NCBI GenBank assembly: GCA_963708075.1
Contig: OY970194.1
Span: forward strand, 3,424,001 to 3,488,000
DNA from: Sedimentisphaerales bacterium
Lineage (GTDB): Bacteria; Planctomycetota; Phycisphaerae; Sedimentisphaerales; Anaerobacaceae
Direction of reading: 5' to 3'
DNA: 64,000 nucleotides
Below, one piece after another: positions 29,418 to 39,661 of this stretch. Position 1 is the stretch's first letter. The number at the start of each line of letters is the position of its first letter. The notes under the pieces are model-generated. The model saw only the letters and a program-made list of their open reading frames with translations, was not told the DNA's origin and did no database searches. The translations under genes were made by a program, and so were the position numbers.

Positions 29418-29576
29418 ATGAGTCCGATGCCTCAACCACGCGGTGGGAAAGTCGCCCCTCCAAGCAATCTGTACACGGTGATCCTGGCCTTGGCATTCGG
29501 GGTCGTTCTGGCCACGACCGCGTATGTCGTGTACGCGTGCAAAATCCAGTATGGAACGTTTTTTGGCATGCCGTAG
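29418..29576 (+). CDS. Small single-TM protein (52 aa, absent from the ORF track)
   Basis: AGGAGG RBS; hand translation MSPMPQPRGGKVAPPSNLYTVILALAFGVVLATTAYVVYACKIQYGTFFGMP*. Confidence 0.75.
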   Translation: MSPMPQPRGGKVAPPSNLYTVILALAFGVVLATTAYVVYACKIQYGTFFGMP

Positions 29577-29648
29577 CGGTTTTTCGCTTGACGTAGCCGC
29601 CTAAGGATATTCAGAATATCCAATGGCAATGTAAGAAAGGATTCGATC

Positions 29649-30704
29649 GTGCTGTTGGACTGGGTTCTTGGCTTTTTCAGCATGGATATGGGTATCGATC
29701 TCGGTACCTGTACGACGCTGGTGTGTGTGCGAGACAAAGGCATCGTTCTAAACGAGCCGTCGGTGGTCGCCGTGCGCAAAGGGACAAATATCGTCCTGAA
29801 CAACGGCGAGGCCGTCGGGCTCGTGGCCCGCGAGATGCTTGGCAAAACCCCCGGCTCGATCAGCGCCATTCGTCCCATGAAAGACGGCGTGATCAGCGAC
29901 TTCGAAGTGACCGAGGCGATGCTGAGCTACTTCATCCACAAGGTGCACGGCCGGGGCAAGCTGGTCCGGCCCCGCGTCGTCATCGCCGTGCCCAGCGGCA
30001 TCACCGCCGTCGAGCGCCGGGCCGTCATCGACAGCGCCGAGCGGGCGGGCGCCCGCAAGGTCTATCTCGTCGATGAGCCCATGGCCGCCGGCATCGGAGC
30101 CGGGTTGCCCATCATGGAGCCGACCGCCTCCATGATCGTCGATACCGGCGGCGGCACCACGGAAGTGGCCATCATGTCGTTGGGCGACATTGCCACTGCC
30201 GACTCCATTCGCGTCGGCGGCGACGATATGGACGAGGCCATCATCAACCACCTGAAGAAGACATACAACCTGCTCGTCGGAGAGGCGCGGGCCGAGAAGG
30301 TCAAGATCCAGATCGGCTCGGCGGCCCCACTGGAGGAAGAGCTGACGATGGAGGTCGCCGGCCGGGATACGATCTCCGGCCTGCCCCGCAAGATCACCAT
30401 TACCAGCGAGGAAATCCGCGAGGCCCTGAAAGACCCGGTAGCGGCCATCATCGACGCCGTCACCGGCACGCTGGAGAGGGCCGAGCCCGAACTGGCGGCG
30501 GATTTGATCGATAACGGAATCCACATCTGCGGCGGCGGATCGCTGCTTCGCGGAATGGATAGCGTGCTCGCCAATGCCACCGGCCTGCAGGTGTACCGCG
30601 TCGAAGACCCGCTCAGTTGCGTGGCCCGCGGCACGAGCGTTTATCTGGAAAACCTCGCAATCTGGAAGGACACGATGGACCACAGCGATCGGGGGTACGA
30701 TTAA
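29649..30704 (+). CDS. mreB: Rod shape-determining actin MreB
   Basis: GIDLGT, LNEPSVVA, RPMKDGVI, EPMAAGIGAGL, DTGGGTTE and GGGSLL motifs. Confidence 0.98.
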   Translation: MLLDWVLGFFSMDMGIDLGTCTTLVCVRDKGIVLNEPSVVAVRKGTNIVLNNGEAVGLVAREMLGKTPGSISAIRPMKDGVISDFEVTEAMLSYFIHKVHGRGKLVRPRVVIAVPSGITAVERRAVIDSAERAGARKVYLVDEPMAAGIGAGLPIMEPTASMIVDTGGGTTEVAIMSLGDIATADSIRVGGDDMDEAIINHLKKTYNLLVGEARAEKVKIQIGSAAPLEEELTMEVAGRDTISGLPRKITITSEEIREALKDPVAAIIDAVTGTLERAEPELAADLIDNGIHICGGGSLLRGMDSVLANATGLQVYRVEDPLSCVARGTSVYLENLAIWKDTMDHSDRGYD

Positions 30705-30764
30705 CAATCTCGCGGCTTTCGAGCGAGGTCCGGTGTTCTCGTCATACCTGTTGAGTGGAAGGCC

Positions 30765-31583
30765 ATGACGCAAAAGTGGACCAGAGTATCCAGGCGGATG
30801 CTATTCACGTGGTGCCTGCTGGGCGGGCTGATCTGCCTGTTTGCGCCCCCGAGCCTGACGAACAAGCTCCAGTTGGCCTACACGTACGCGTTCCGTTGGC
30901 CGCTGCAGGCCGGGCACAGCCTCTCGCTGGCCGCGGGGACCATCTCGCCGCTGCGCGACCCCAACAACAGTCCCGGCACTGAGGTGGCGACGACAGAGCA
31001 TCAGCGGCTGAAGAACCACATCGCCAATCTTGAGGCCCAGTTGAAGGAAGCCCGCCAGGAAGTCGACCAGCTCGGGCGCATCCGCGCCGTGCCGCAATGG
31101 GACCGAATGACCTTTCTGCGGGCCGACATCACCCTCCCCAGCCAGACACGGGATGTCCTGTTCATCAATCGCGGCCAGAAGGATGGGGTGGCCATCGGTC
31201 AGTATGTGATGGGCGATCTGAGCATCATCGGAGTCGTCTCCAGTGTCTCGCCGCAGCAGGCCAAGGTCAAGCTGATCACCGATCTGACCTCGAAGATGGC
31301 AGTGACGATAGGCGAGTCGGACCTGGCCAGAGTCATGGAAGGCGGGCCTGGGAACATAGCCAAGATCCCGCTGGTCCCCGCGTCCAACACAGTCTCCAAA
31401 GGGACCAAGGTGTATGCCAGGAAGACGCCGGGCCTGCTGGATGTTCCCATTATCGCCGCCCGGGTGACCCAGTGCAGGACCGACCCGGAGAACCCTTCAT
31501 TGCTGGATATCACCGTTGAGCCCGCCTGCGACATCGCCGGCCTGAATAGTGTGGCGGTGATCGTGTCCGCGCCACGGCCGTGA
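30765..31583 (+). CDS. mreC: Rod shape-determining protein MreC
   Basis: TM, coiled coil, INRGQKDGV; position after mreB. Confidence 0.88.
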   Translation: MTQKWTRVSRRMLFTWCLLGGLICLFAPPSLTNKLQLAYTYAFRWPLQAGHSLSLAAGTISPLRDPNNSPGTEVATTEHQRLKNHIANLEAQLKEARQEVDQLGRIRAVPQWDRMTFLRADITLPSQTRDVLFINRGQKDGVAIGQYVMGDLSIIGVVSSVSPQQAKVKLITDLTSKMAVTIGESDLARVMEGGPGNIAKIPLVPASNTVSKGTKVYARKTPGLLDVPIIAARVTQCRTDPENPSLLDITVEPACDIAGLNSVAVIVSAPRP

Positions 31584-31691
31584 CCCATGCAGATGCAGGC
31601 AGGCGTGTGCAGGCAGAAGATTGAGGTGGCCCGGCTTGTTCTATCGCGGGCTCTTTCAGACAGCCCGCCTGCTGTTCACAGGAGTTGCTGA

Positions 31692-32207
31692 ATGCGTTGG
31701 TTGCGGTTTGCAGTGCTCGTCCTCGTCGCCACGATCCTGCAGACCAGTCTCGTCGGCACGATCTCCATCTGGGGTGTCAAGCCGGACCTGCTCGTGATGC
31801 TCCTGGTCTTTTTCGCCATCAGTATCGACCCGCGAGAGGCTATCGTCGCGTCATTCGCCATCGGGTTCGCAGCCGATCTGAGCAACCCGGTCAGGGACCT
31901 GATGGGACCGCAGATCATCAGTTTCGGGGTCTTCGGCACCCTGCTGTCCGACGTGCACAGTGTCATCTCGATCCAGAGACTGACGCATCAGGCCATCACG
32001 ATCTTCGTCATCGGGGCCCTGACGGCCCTGCTCAGCTACCTGCTGACGTTCTTCCGGGCCGAGTCTGCCGCCACCCATTTTGTGACACAGCTTCTATGGC
32101 AGCCGCTGTATTCCGCCCTGCTCGGGCCGTTCTTGTTCTTCCCGATCGCCTGGTGGATGCGTATAGACAGGAAAAGCCGCAAGCGCAGAAGGCCGGGACT
32201 AAGATGA
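31692..32207 (+). CDS. mreD: Rod shape-determining protein MreD
   Basis: KPDLL and GFAADL motifs, multi-TM; position after mreC. Confidence 0.88.
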   Translation: MRWLRFAVLVLVATILQTSLVGTISIWGVKPDLLVMLLVFFAISIDPREAIVASFAIGFAADLSNPVRDLMGPQIISFGVFGTLLSDVHSVISIQRLTHQAITIFVIGALTALLSYLLTFFRAESAATHFVTQLLWQPLYSALLGPFLFFPIAWWMRIDRKSRKRRRPGLR

Positions 32208-32240
32208 CGCCAGGATCCGTCTTGAGAATCATGTACGCCC

Positions 32241-32334
32241 GGGTGGCAGCGGCAAGAGGAGTCTTCGGAGCTTGCCGATGGCGTGCGGACGTTGACACGA
32301 GCCACCGGCAAGCTGGCGCCTGCCGCTGCCACCC
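32241..32334. repeat. GGGTGGCAGCGGCAAG-family paired palindrome; relatives at 34650-34743, 34854-34945, 47843-47931, 55267-55303, 60730-60810
   Basis: Arms GGGTGGCAGCGGCAAG...CTTGCCG and CGGCAAG...TGCCGCTGCCACCC recur at the listed sites. Confidence 0.9.
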
Positions 32335-32448
32335 ATCATAAGCGATATTCTCTAAGCACCGTTTTAAGGTGGCCGGAGCAGTAGGGTGTGCATCGCACAC
32401 CTTCCCATGTTCAGAGGCAGTGGTCCGTGAGGGCCGAGTCGATTCAGG

Positions 32449-34599
32449 ATGTACGACAAGCGAGTCAAAATATTCATTGCGATCAGCCTTGCGATGCTGC
32501 TGATGTGCGTGCTGCGGCTGGCACAGATGCAGTTGCTCGCCGATTCCCAGCTTCAGGACGAGATCACCAGGCTCAAGCTGCAGAGAGGCTCCTCCAGGCA
32601 GCTCAAGACCGTTCGGGGCAGGATTCTCGACAGGAAGGGCGACGTCCTGGCCGCCGATGCCCCGCGATTCCAGGTCTGCATCAGCTATCAGCTCAGCTCG
32701 TTTCTCGATGACCGCGTGGTCGAGGCCCGCAGGCTCAAAGCCAGCGAGAAAGAAGCCAATCCTTCCCTGGTTGACTTCTACAACGAGATCGAGGCGCAAC
32801 GCAACCAACTCAACGAGGTCATCATCCCGGGCTGTGTCAAGCTCGGCCTGAGTGAGCAGGAAGTCCGGAGCGAGATCAAGGTCATCAACGACTACATGTG
32901 GAATCAGCGTGCTTTCCAGGCCTGGCGGGGCGGCACCCCCGACCCGAACCTGCTCGCGAAATACCCTGACATCCGCAGCGTCCCGCTATCGAAAGCGATG
33001 GAAGACTTCGAGGAACGCTTTCCCGATCCCAATGAGCGGCTGCGGCGAGTGGCCAACGTGGACGACCTCCGCGAGATGGACAAGCCCATGCCCCTGCTGG
33101 AGCTGAAGACGGACGACGATATCTTCGCCGCCCAGCTCGAGTTCAAGGACATCAATGACATCAAGATTCTGCCCCTGGGGTATCGGCAGTACCCGCACGG
33201 CTCGGTCGCGTCCCAGACCGTCGGCTGGGTGGGTGTGGCTACGCAGGAGCAAGACAAAGAGTTGTTCGAGGACGACCGGCTCGCCAGCTACCTCGAAGGC
33301 GAGCTCTGCGGGCGGGAGGACGGGGTCGAGTACGTCTGCGAGAGCATCCTGCGAGGCCACCGGGGAGAGCTGGTCTATGATATCGACCGCGAGCTGGTCC
33401 GGCAGAACGAGCCGGATTACGGCGACGACGTTGTCCTGACGCTCGACGTCGCCCTTCAACAGAAGATCGAAGAAGACCTGTCGAGCCCGCAAATCAACCC
33501 GCTCTACCACGCCGCGGGGATGGCCGCCGTCGTGATCGAGGTGGGCTCGGGGGACATCCTGGCTCTCGCGTCTTTGCCGACGTACGATCTGAATAGCGCC
33601 CGATACAAATACGGCGACATCTTGAAGGACCCCGGCAAGCCGGCGATTCACCGGGCCATCAACAAGGAGTATCCCCCCGGCTCGTCCGTCAAGCCGATCA
33701 TCCTGGTCGCCGCGATGGAGGCGGGCCTGGTCACGGCCGAAGAGGTCATCGACTGTCCATCGCACGAGGCCCCCACCGGCTGGCCCAACTGCTTGATCTG
33801 GCGATCCAGTCGCGTCGGCCACAGCAGTCAGTGGACCAACAACGCCCGCAATGCCCTCAAAGGAAGCTGCAACATCTACTTCTCGCGACTGGCGTATCGG
33901 TTCGATCCGCTCGTGCTGCAGCGCTGGCTCTTTCTCTTCGGGTACGGGCGACCGCTGCCATTGGCCTGCCCGGTCCCGCCGCCGGCCGACCAGGAGGTGC
34001 GACAACTGCGTCAATCGCCGGGGCAGATCAGCACGACGCGCCCGACGGCCAGGCAGATCCAATCGTTCGATGACATCCCCCCGATGCGCAGGAGCGACAA
34101 GGCGCACTTCGGCATCGGACAGGGCAACCTGTGGGCGACGCCGCTTCAGGTGACCAATGCCTTTGCCACGATCGCGCGGGGCGGCCTGCACATGCCACCG
34201 CGATTGTTCAAGCAGCCCTCGCCCAGCGCCGGCGGCCCCAACCTGTCGGCCGACCTGAACATTTCCGCGCACACGCTCGAGGTCGTCCGTGACGGCATGA
34301 GCGCCGTGGCCAACGAGCGAGGCGGCACCGCGTATGAGGCCTTCGCCCCCGCGAGGCTCTCCCGTTACGGCGTACACGTGTACGGCAAGACCGGCTCCAC
34401 CGGGCGCCCCGACACCGCATGGTTCGCCGGCTTCGTCGAGGACACGCGCGGACGCAAGCTCGCCCTGGCCATCGTCGTCGAGGGCGGCCAGAGCGGCTCC
34501 CACGACGCCGCCCCCCTGGCCTGCCACATCATCAAGCTGTGCATCGACGCCGGCTACATCGGCAACGTCGCCCCCGCAACGAGAGCCCCTGCGCAGTGA
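32449..34599 (+). CDS. mrdA: Class B penicillin-binding protein 2
   Basis: RGRILDRKG, PGSSVK (SxxK), GSCN (SxN) and GKTGS (KTG); follows mreBCD. Confidence 0.9.
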   Translation: MYDKRVKIFIAISLAMLLMCVLRLAQMQLLADSQLQDEITRLKLQRGSSRQLKTVRGRILDRKGDVLAADAPRFQVCISYQLSSFLDDRVVEARRLKASEKEANPSLVDFYNEIEAQRNQLNEVIIPGCVKLGLSEQEVRSEIKVINDYMWNQRAFQAWRGGTPDPNLLAKYPDIRSVPLSKAMEDFEERFPDPNERLRRVANVDDLREMDKPMPLLELKTDDDIFAAQLEFKDINDIKILPLGYRQYPHGSVASQTVGWVGVATQEQDKELFEDDRLASYLEGELCGREDGVEYVCESILRGHRGELVYDIDRELVRQNEPDYGDDVVLTLDVALQQKIEEDLSSPQINPLYHAAGMAAVVIEVGSGDILALASLPTYDLNSARYKYGDILKDPGKPAIHRAINKEYPPGSSVKPIILVAAMEAGLVTAEEVIDCPSHEAPTGWPNCLIWRSSRVGHSSQWTNNARNALKGSCNIYFSRLAYRFDPLVLQRWLFLFGYGRPLPLACPVPPPADQEVRQLRQSPGQISTTRPTARQIQSFDDIPPMRRSDKAHFGIGQGNLWATPLQVTNAFATIARGGLHMPPRLFKQPSPSAGGPNLSADLNISAHTLEVVRDGMSAVANERGGTAYEAFAPARLSRYGVHVYGKTGSTGRPDTAWFAGFVEDTRGRKLALAIVVEGGQSGSHDAAPLACHIIKLCIDAGYIGNVAPATRAPAQ

Positions 34600-34992
34600 C
34601 TGTCGACCGCATCACCCCACATCTGCCTTCTCGCCAGATCGCCTGGTTTGGGTGGCAGCGGCAAGCGCAGCTTGCCGATGGCTCACAGGATACGCGTCAA
34701 TACCATCGGCAAGCTCCGAAGACTCCGCTTGCCGCTGCCACCCGTTGCCCCGAAATCCGAGTTTGACCCACGACCCGCTCGGACTTGTAGGATGGGCTTT
34801 AGCCCATGCGGAAGGCTCAAAAATTGCCGGAACGCAGGAACCTCCTGTTCGCCGGGTGGCACCGCCAAACTCGTTTGACGGTGCTCCTTCGACCGAGTCT
34901 GATCCATCCAGGTCCCACGGGCAAACGAGTTTGCCCGTGCCACCCAGGATTGGACCTTTCCACGCTAGACAGGTACCGGGGCAAGTCCCACC

Positions 34993-36069
34993 CTACACGC
35001 TGATGCTGATTGGCGTGTTGAGGCGGGACAGGGTGTCCTGCAGGACTTCGAAGAATTTCTGATTGTCGGGCCAGAGGATTCGGTCGTCCTGCGGCATGGG
35101 CCCGTCGATCCGATCCAGGAAGCGGGCAAGCGCGGCCTCTGTCAGCCAGGGCGACGATACGCCCAGCCCGAGTCGCTCTGCATAGTGCGCGTTGATGATC
35201 TGTTCATACTGCCCGGCCAGGGGCAGCAGCAACATGCGTTTTCGCAGGTAGAGACATTCGCTCATCAGGGAAAAGCCCGCCGAGGCGATCACGCCCCGAG
35301 CGCCGGCCACGTCGCGCAGAAACCCGTCGGTCGATCGCTTCTTGAAGATGCAGTTCCGTGCCTCCACGTCCTTGTTGAACCCGTACACGAGGAACTTCTG
35401 GCCGGGGAATTTGAACAGCGTGTCGCGCAGCCGGTCCTCGTGCGTGCCCGTCGTGGAGTACAGGACGATGTGGCCTCCGTCGGAGGGTGTCAGGGCGGTG
35501 ACAGCGTCGCGTATGACCGGCGGGACGAGCACGGCCCGCTCGTGCCTGAGCGGGGCCTTGAAGAAATTGATCATGACATACGCCTGGGCCCCAACGCAGT
35601 GCAGCCGTGTCACGAACATCGAGGTGGTGCGCGGGACGATGTTGCGGAGCCGGTGCTCCAGCTTGCACATGGTCAGCATGTGCTCGTTGTCGAGGCTGAT
35701 GAACGGGACCTTGTTGTACCAGGCCCACCAGCCGCTGAAGGGCTCGAAGTCCGTCACGACGAGGTCCGGCTGGAACGGCCGGTACACCTGGTCAAAGAGC
35801 TTCTTGTTCATCCGCGTGCCCGTGGTGAGCTGAGCCAGATTCTTGCGGATGGTCGCCAGCGGCTGGACGTACCCCTTGCTGTACTCATACGTCAGCCCGA
35901 AGATCTCCTTGACCTTCTCCCCATAGTACTGGCGCAAATACAGCAACCCCCGGTGCGAGCTGGCGAACAGCACGTCATGCCCGGCATCGAGGAATCGCTG
36001 TGCGATCAGGTGCACCCGGCTGGCGTGCCCAAACCCCTCGCCACACGCCGCATAGATGATTCTGGCCAT
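34993..36069 (-). CDS. MJ1255/VC2487-like GT-B glycosyltransferase
   Basis: GEGFGHASR, VVTDFEP, AGFSLMSE and GQYEQIINA motifs. Confidence 0.88.
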   Translation of the reverse strand: MARIIYAACGEGFGHASRVHLIAQRFLDAGHDVLFASSHRGLLYLRQYYGEKVKEIFGLTYEYSKGYVQPLATIRKNLAQLTTGTRMNKKLFDQVYRPFQPDLVVTDFEPFSGWWAWYNKVPFISLDNEHMLTMCKLEHRLRNIVPRTTSMFVTRLHCVGAQAYVMINFFKAPLRHERAVLVPPVIRDAVTALTPSDGGHIVLYSTTGTHEDRLRDTLFKFPGQKFLVYGFNKDVEARNCIFKKRSTDGFLRDVAGARGVIASAGFSLMSECLYLRKRMLLLPLAGQYEQIINAHYAERLGLGVSSPWLTEAALARFLDRIDGPMPQDDRILWPDNQKFFEVLQDTLSRLNTPISISV

Positions 36070-36378
36070 CGGTTACCTGGCTCCAACACTCTCAAACGCA
36101 ACCCAAAGGCCGCTTAGTGTACCACATTTCCCCCCGCCCGTCAGTACCATCGAGGAAAGTACGAAGCACGAATCTCGAAATCCGAAACAAATTCAAATGA
36201 CTGAAATTCCAATGGCGAAAACGCTCTCGCCTGGACTCGTGTTGGCCTTGGCTACTCGTTTGTAGTGTGCTCGTAGGAGCCTGCCCTGAGCCTGCCGAAG
36301 GGGCATAAAGAAACGCCTCACGGCATCACTACGAGCACCCTCGCCGGCTCCGCCTCCTGATCGCGGAGCCTGCCCCCT

Positions 36379-36743
36379 GTATGTCATTCCCGCGAAGGCG
36401 GGAATCCATCTTGTCCGGCTTAGTCTTCGCACAGGTCCTTCCACTCAGGGTTATGCTCCTCAATGAGCCGGATCTTCCACGACCGGTTCCACTTCTTCAG
36501 ACGTTTCTCCGCCGTCAGGGCATCGCCGATTCTGCAGAAGGTTTCAAAGTAGACCAGCCTGTGCACACCATATCGCTTGGTAAAGCCGGGCGCCATGCCG
36601 CACTTGTGTTGGTGGAGACGGTGTTGCAGATCACTCGTCACACCGATGTACAATGTCCCGTTCTTCCTGCTGGCCAGGATGTACACGTAGTAACACTTCA
36701 CTTCCATGGTTCCTGGATTCCCGCCTTCGCGGGAATGACATAC
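36379..36743. mobile_element. Minimal cassette: GIY-YIG gene between perfect 30-bp inverted palindromic repeats
   Basis: GTATGTCATTCCCGCGAAGGCGGGAATCCA at 36379-36408 and its exact reverse complement at 36714-36743. Confidence 0.75.
36420..36707 (-). CDS. Small GIY-YIG nuclease
   Basis: YYVYILAS..NGTLYIGVT.DL..R..QH, LVYFE and EKRLKKWNRSWK motifs. Start ATG 36707. Confidence 0.93.
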   Translation of the reverse strand: MEVKCYYVYILASRKNGTLYIGVTSDLQHRLHQHKCGMAPGFTKRYGVHRLVYFETFCRIGDALTAEKRLKKWNRSWKIRLIEEHNPEWKDLCED

Positions 36744-36823
36744 TGGGCGTCTGACCCACGTCAGTAGTCCGTGAAACGCCGAATCCATTCGGCCCAGCCG
36801 CACAGGCTGTGCCCACCTGCTCC

Positions 36824-38822
36824 CTATCTGCGCGGCTCCCCAGGCGGTTGCCTCGAAGACGATTTTGGTCTCTCATCTCGAAGCCAGTTCCGCCCCAGCA
36901 TCGCCAAGTCCTCAGCGTCAACCCGGCAGTCGCCATTGATGTCGCCGGGAATCTGCGTTTCACATACCGGCCCACCGAAATAGGATTTGCTCGCCTCCGC
37001 CGTGCCGCCGTAGGCACCCATGTTGATTCTGCCTCCGTTGGGGAAAGTTTCCTGTCCTACTGGACTATTCGGATCGCCGGCATCAATGCATGGACTCGTC
37101 AGCTCATCCTTGACCCAGTTGCTGCCGACCGGGTCCCATCGGCCGGCTTGAGATTTCAGGTGATAGTCGCCGTCAACCCAGTAGTCATCGCTAAGACTAT
37201 CGGGGGTGCCGTTTGAATCCCAGTAGCCTGGGTTGGCAAGACAGGGATCGCCAGAGATGTTGCTTTCTCCCCACACCAATATGCAGTGTGGATCGAGTGC
37301 GATGTTCGATCGCCCACGCTCTAACAGACAGTAAGAGACTGTGACAGTAGATGGGTGAGAGCCGTCTGGATACTCTCCCGCAAACACGGCAGATCCTTGC
37401 GGAGACAGATTGGCTGAAAGGACACTGTTCACGACGCTGGTGGAGTCCTCGTAATATGTGGCGATTGCCCCTCCCATGAGCGAGGCTCGATTGTTCGCAA
37501 ATGTACAATTGCTGATCGTCGTCTCACTTCGTGAGGTATATAGACATCCCCCTTGTTCCTCGGCACCATTTCCTGAGAACAACGTCCGCTCTATGAGCAA
37601 CTTGCCTATTCTATTATGTATCCCTCCTCCTCGTCTTCCCGCGTGGTTGTCGCTGAAACTGCAACGTGATACATCTACTTTGCCTCCCTCAATGTTCATT
37701 GCCGCTCCATAAGCAGCGGCATTCCCTCGGAACTTCGAATCATCGATGCTCAAATCGCTATACCGCACAACCAGGGCCCCCTGATCGTTCTTTATGAATG
37801 CACTGCGACTTATGCTCGTCATAGTTCCGGCGATGAGCACAGCAGGTTCTCGTGCGTACATCGACATGTTATCTACAAACTCACAGTCTGTAGCCTCGAA
37901 AGTACAGTCTGCAAGATGTAGCGCAGAAAGAGTATACCACGAGGAGTTCCTTTCAAAGGTGCACCCGCTCATTGTGACTTCTGGGATCTGGACAAACGAC
38001 GCTCCTCCTATTCCTCGGAAGCTGAAATTGTCCAGGAACAGGCAGTCCTTCATAATCACCTGCTCGGACGCATGAATGTAAACGCCCCCTGCCCTGGCGA
38101 ACGCCGAGTTCGATATGAAACGGCAGGCCGTGAGGACCAGCGGCCCCTCTTGATGGAAGAGGCCACCACTGCAGTCTTCGTCTCTAATGATGAGGACAGG
38201 GTCACGGCCTGCCCACAAATACGGCGGAAGATAAGCGTTTCCGGCGGTTACTGTCAGGCCGTCGAGTACGACGCACTGGCCAGCACTACTCGACGTCACC
38301 ACGTGCAGACTATCTTCGCGTCGGGTCGATTCGATCAGCAGGCACCATCGATCCGGACGATCCCATCTGCCTTCGTTCGGCGCGGGGACAAAATCGCAGG
38401 GGTCTTCGCTCAGGACATCATCGCCCGCCAGATCGCCGCTGAGGATCGTCTCGTAGGCTTGGACATCGCGCCTATTTGGGTCAGGCGCCCGGATTCCGGC
38501 ATAGCTGCCTTTGACAGCCACACCACTGAATACGTGGAAGGTCGCGTTGCGGTTCTCGGGAGCCCTCAGGCCGTGCCTCGCTACGATCCGGCCTGTACAC
38601 CCCTTGAGCCACCCGGACCTCCACGGGCTTATCCGCCGCATTTGCGTCCGCCAGAGCGTCCTGCAGGTATTTGTAGGCATTCTGCCAGGACGAGCCATCG
38701 CCAAGGCCATTAGCGTCGTCGTCTACGTAGATGATCTTGCCCCAGCTATCACAGGCAAGTGCCGCAAGTATGGCTGCGCTCAGCAGAAGCGTCTTGGTTG
38801 TCCTGATCCTGTCGCCGGGCAT
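36824..38822 (-). pseudogene. Secreted parallel beta-helix repeat protein with C-terminal dockerin-like motif, frameshifted at ~38555
   Basis: Signal peptide and IIYVDDDA..GDGSSW.NAY lie in ORF 38481-38822; the remainder (FxxN/GG repeats, GDYHLKSQAGRW, SPCIDAGDP, GDINGDCRVD) lies in another frame. Confidence 0.8.
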
Positions 38823-39336
38823 TGATTCTCACCTCCCGCTGGCGCCTCCGGGATGTGGTCACGAGGATGCCGATGGCTCCGCCGGGTTCGCTCTCACGAC
38901 TGTCCTTCTCTCATGGCCGCCTTTTTCGCCGGGGGTCACACCAGATAGCGTATAGTGTACAGGGTAAAGCCGGCGGGGTCAAGCGAATCGTCGGCACGAG
39001 TCCCACCCTGTGGGACCTGTCTGTAGTGCGCCCGTGAGGGCATATTCGCTCCTGGAATAGAAGAGAACGCCTTACGGCGTCACTACGAACGACGCCCCCA
39101 GGCAGGGTTCCCATCGCTCCTGGACCGAGGACGGTCAGAGCCCATAGGCCCCCGGCTGTGCGAAAAGAAACAATCGCACTGTAAGTCCCTGTGCCGCAGG
39201 CACTTCCAGGTATTATCACTATCTAACAGAAATTCCAGCAACATTTCGACTCCCGGAGCGTCTATAGTATATGGTCTGATGACCACGTCTCACCGGGCGC
39301 CGGTGCGCCCAGCCAAGCCTGATGGCTACGCTCAAA

Positions 39337-39652
39337 TCAACAACCACCGGCTGAGCCGGTGGTATGAGGAAGGCCCCTAAAAGGGGCCGTATAACTGACT
39401 TTCTGATAACGCAGCTACTGACGGACCGATCCGCCCTCTGACAGAAGTCCTTATGGATGACTCTACTACGACAATTCGGTACAATAGCCGCATGGTACTT
39501 GCGCTCCCACGTCACGTGGGCCCGACTCTGCCAATCTTTCATGATAGTCCTCCTTTAGCCTCCGGGCCTTTCTCTGGGAGGACTATCGTAAACAAGACGC
39601 ACGAAATGGCAGAGCCTTTTCAATTCTCACCGGCAGAGCCGGTGGTTTACGC
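39337..39652 (-). mobile_element. tnpA: Internally deleted IS200-family element (tnpA remnant with both subterminal hairpins)
   Basis: ORF start MKDWQSRAHVTWERKYH resembles the TnpA N-terminus; hairpins CACCGGCAGAGCCGGTG (39628-39644) and ACCACCGGCTGAGCCGGTGGT (39343-39363); RBS sits in an 11-bp stem (39543-39587). Confidence 0.8.
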
Positions 39653-39661
39653 ACTGAATTA

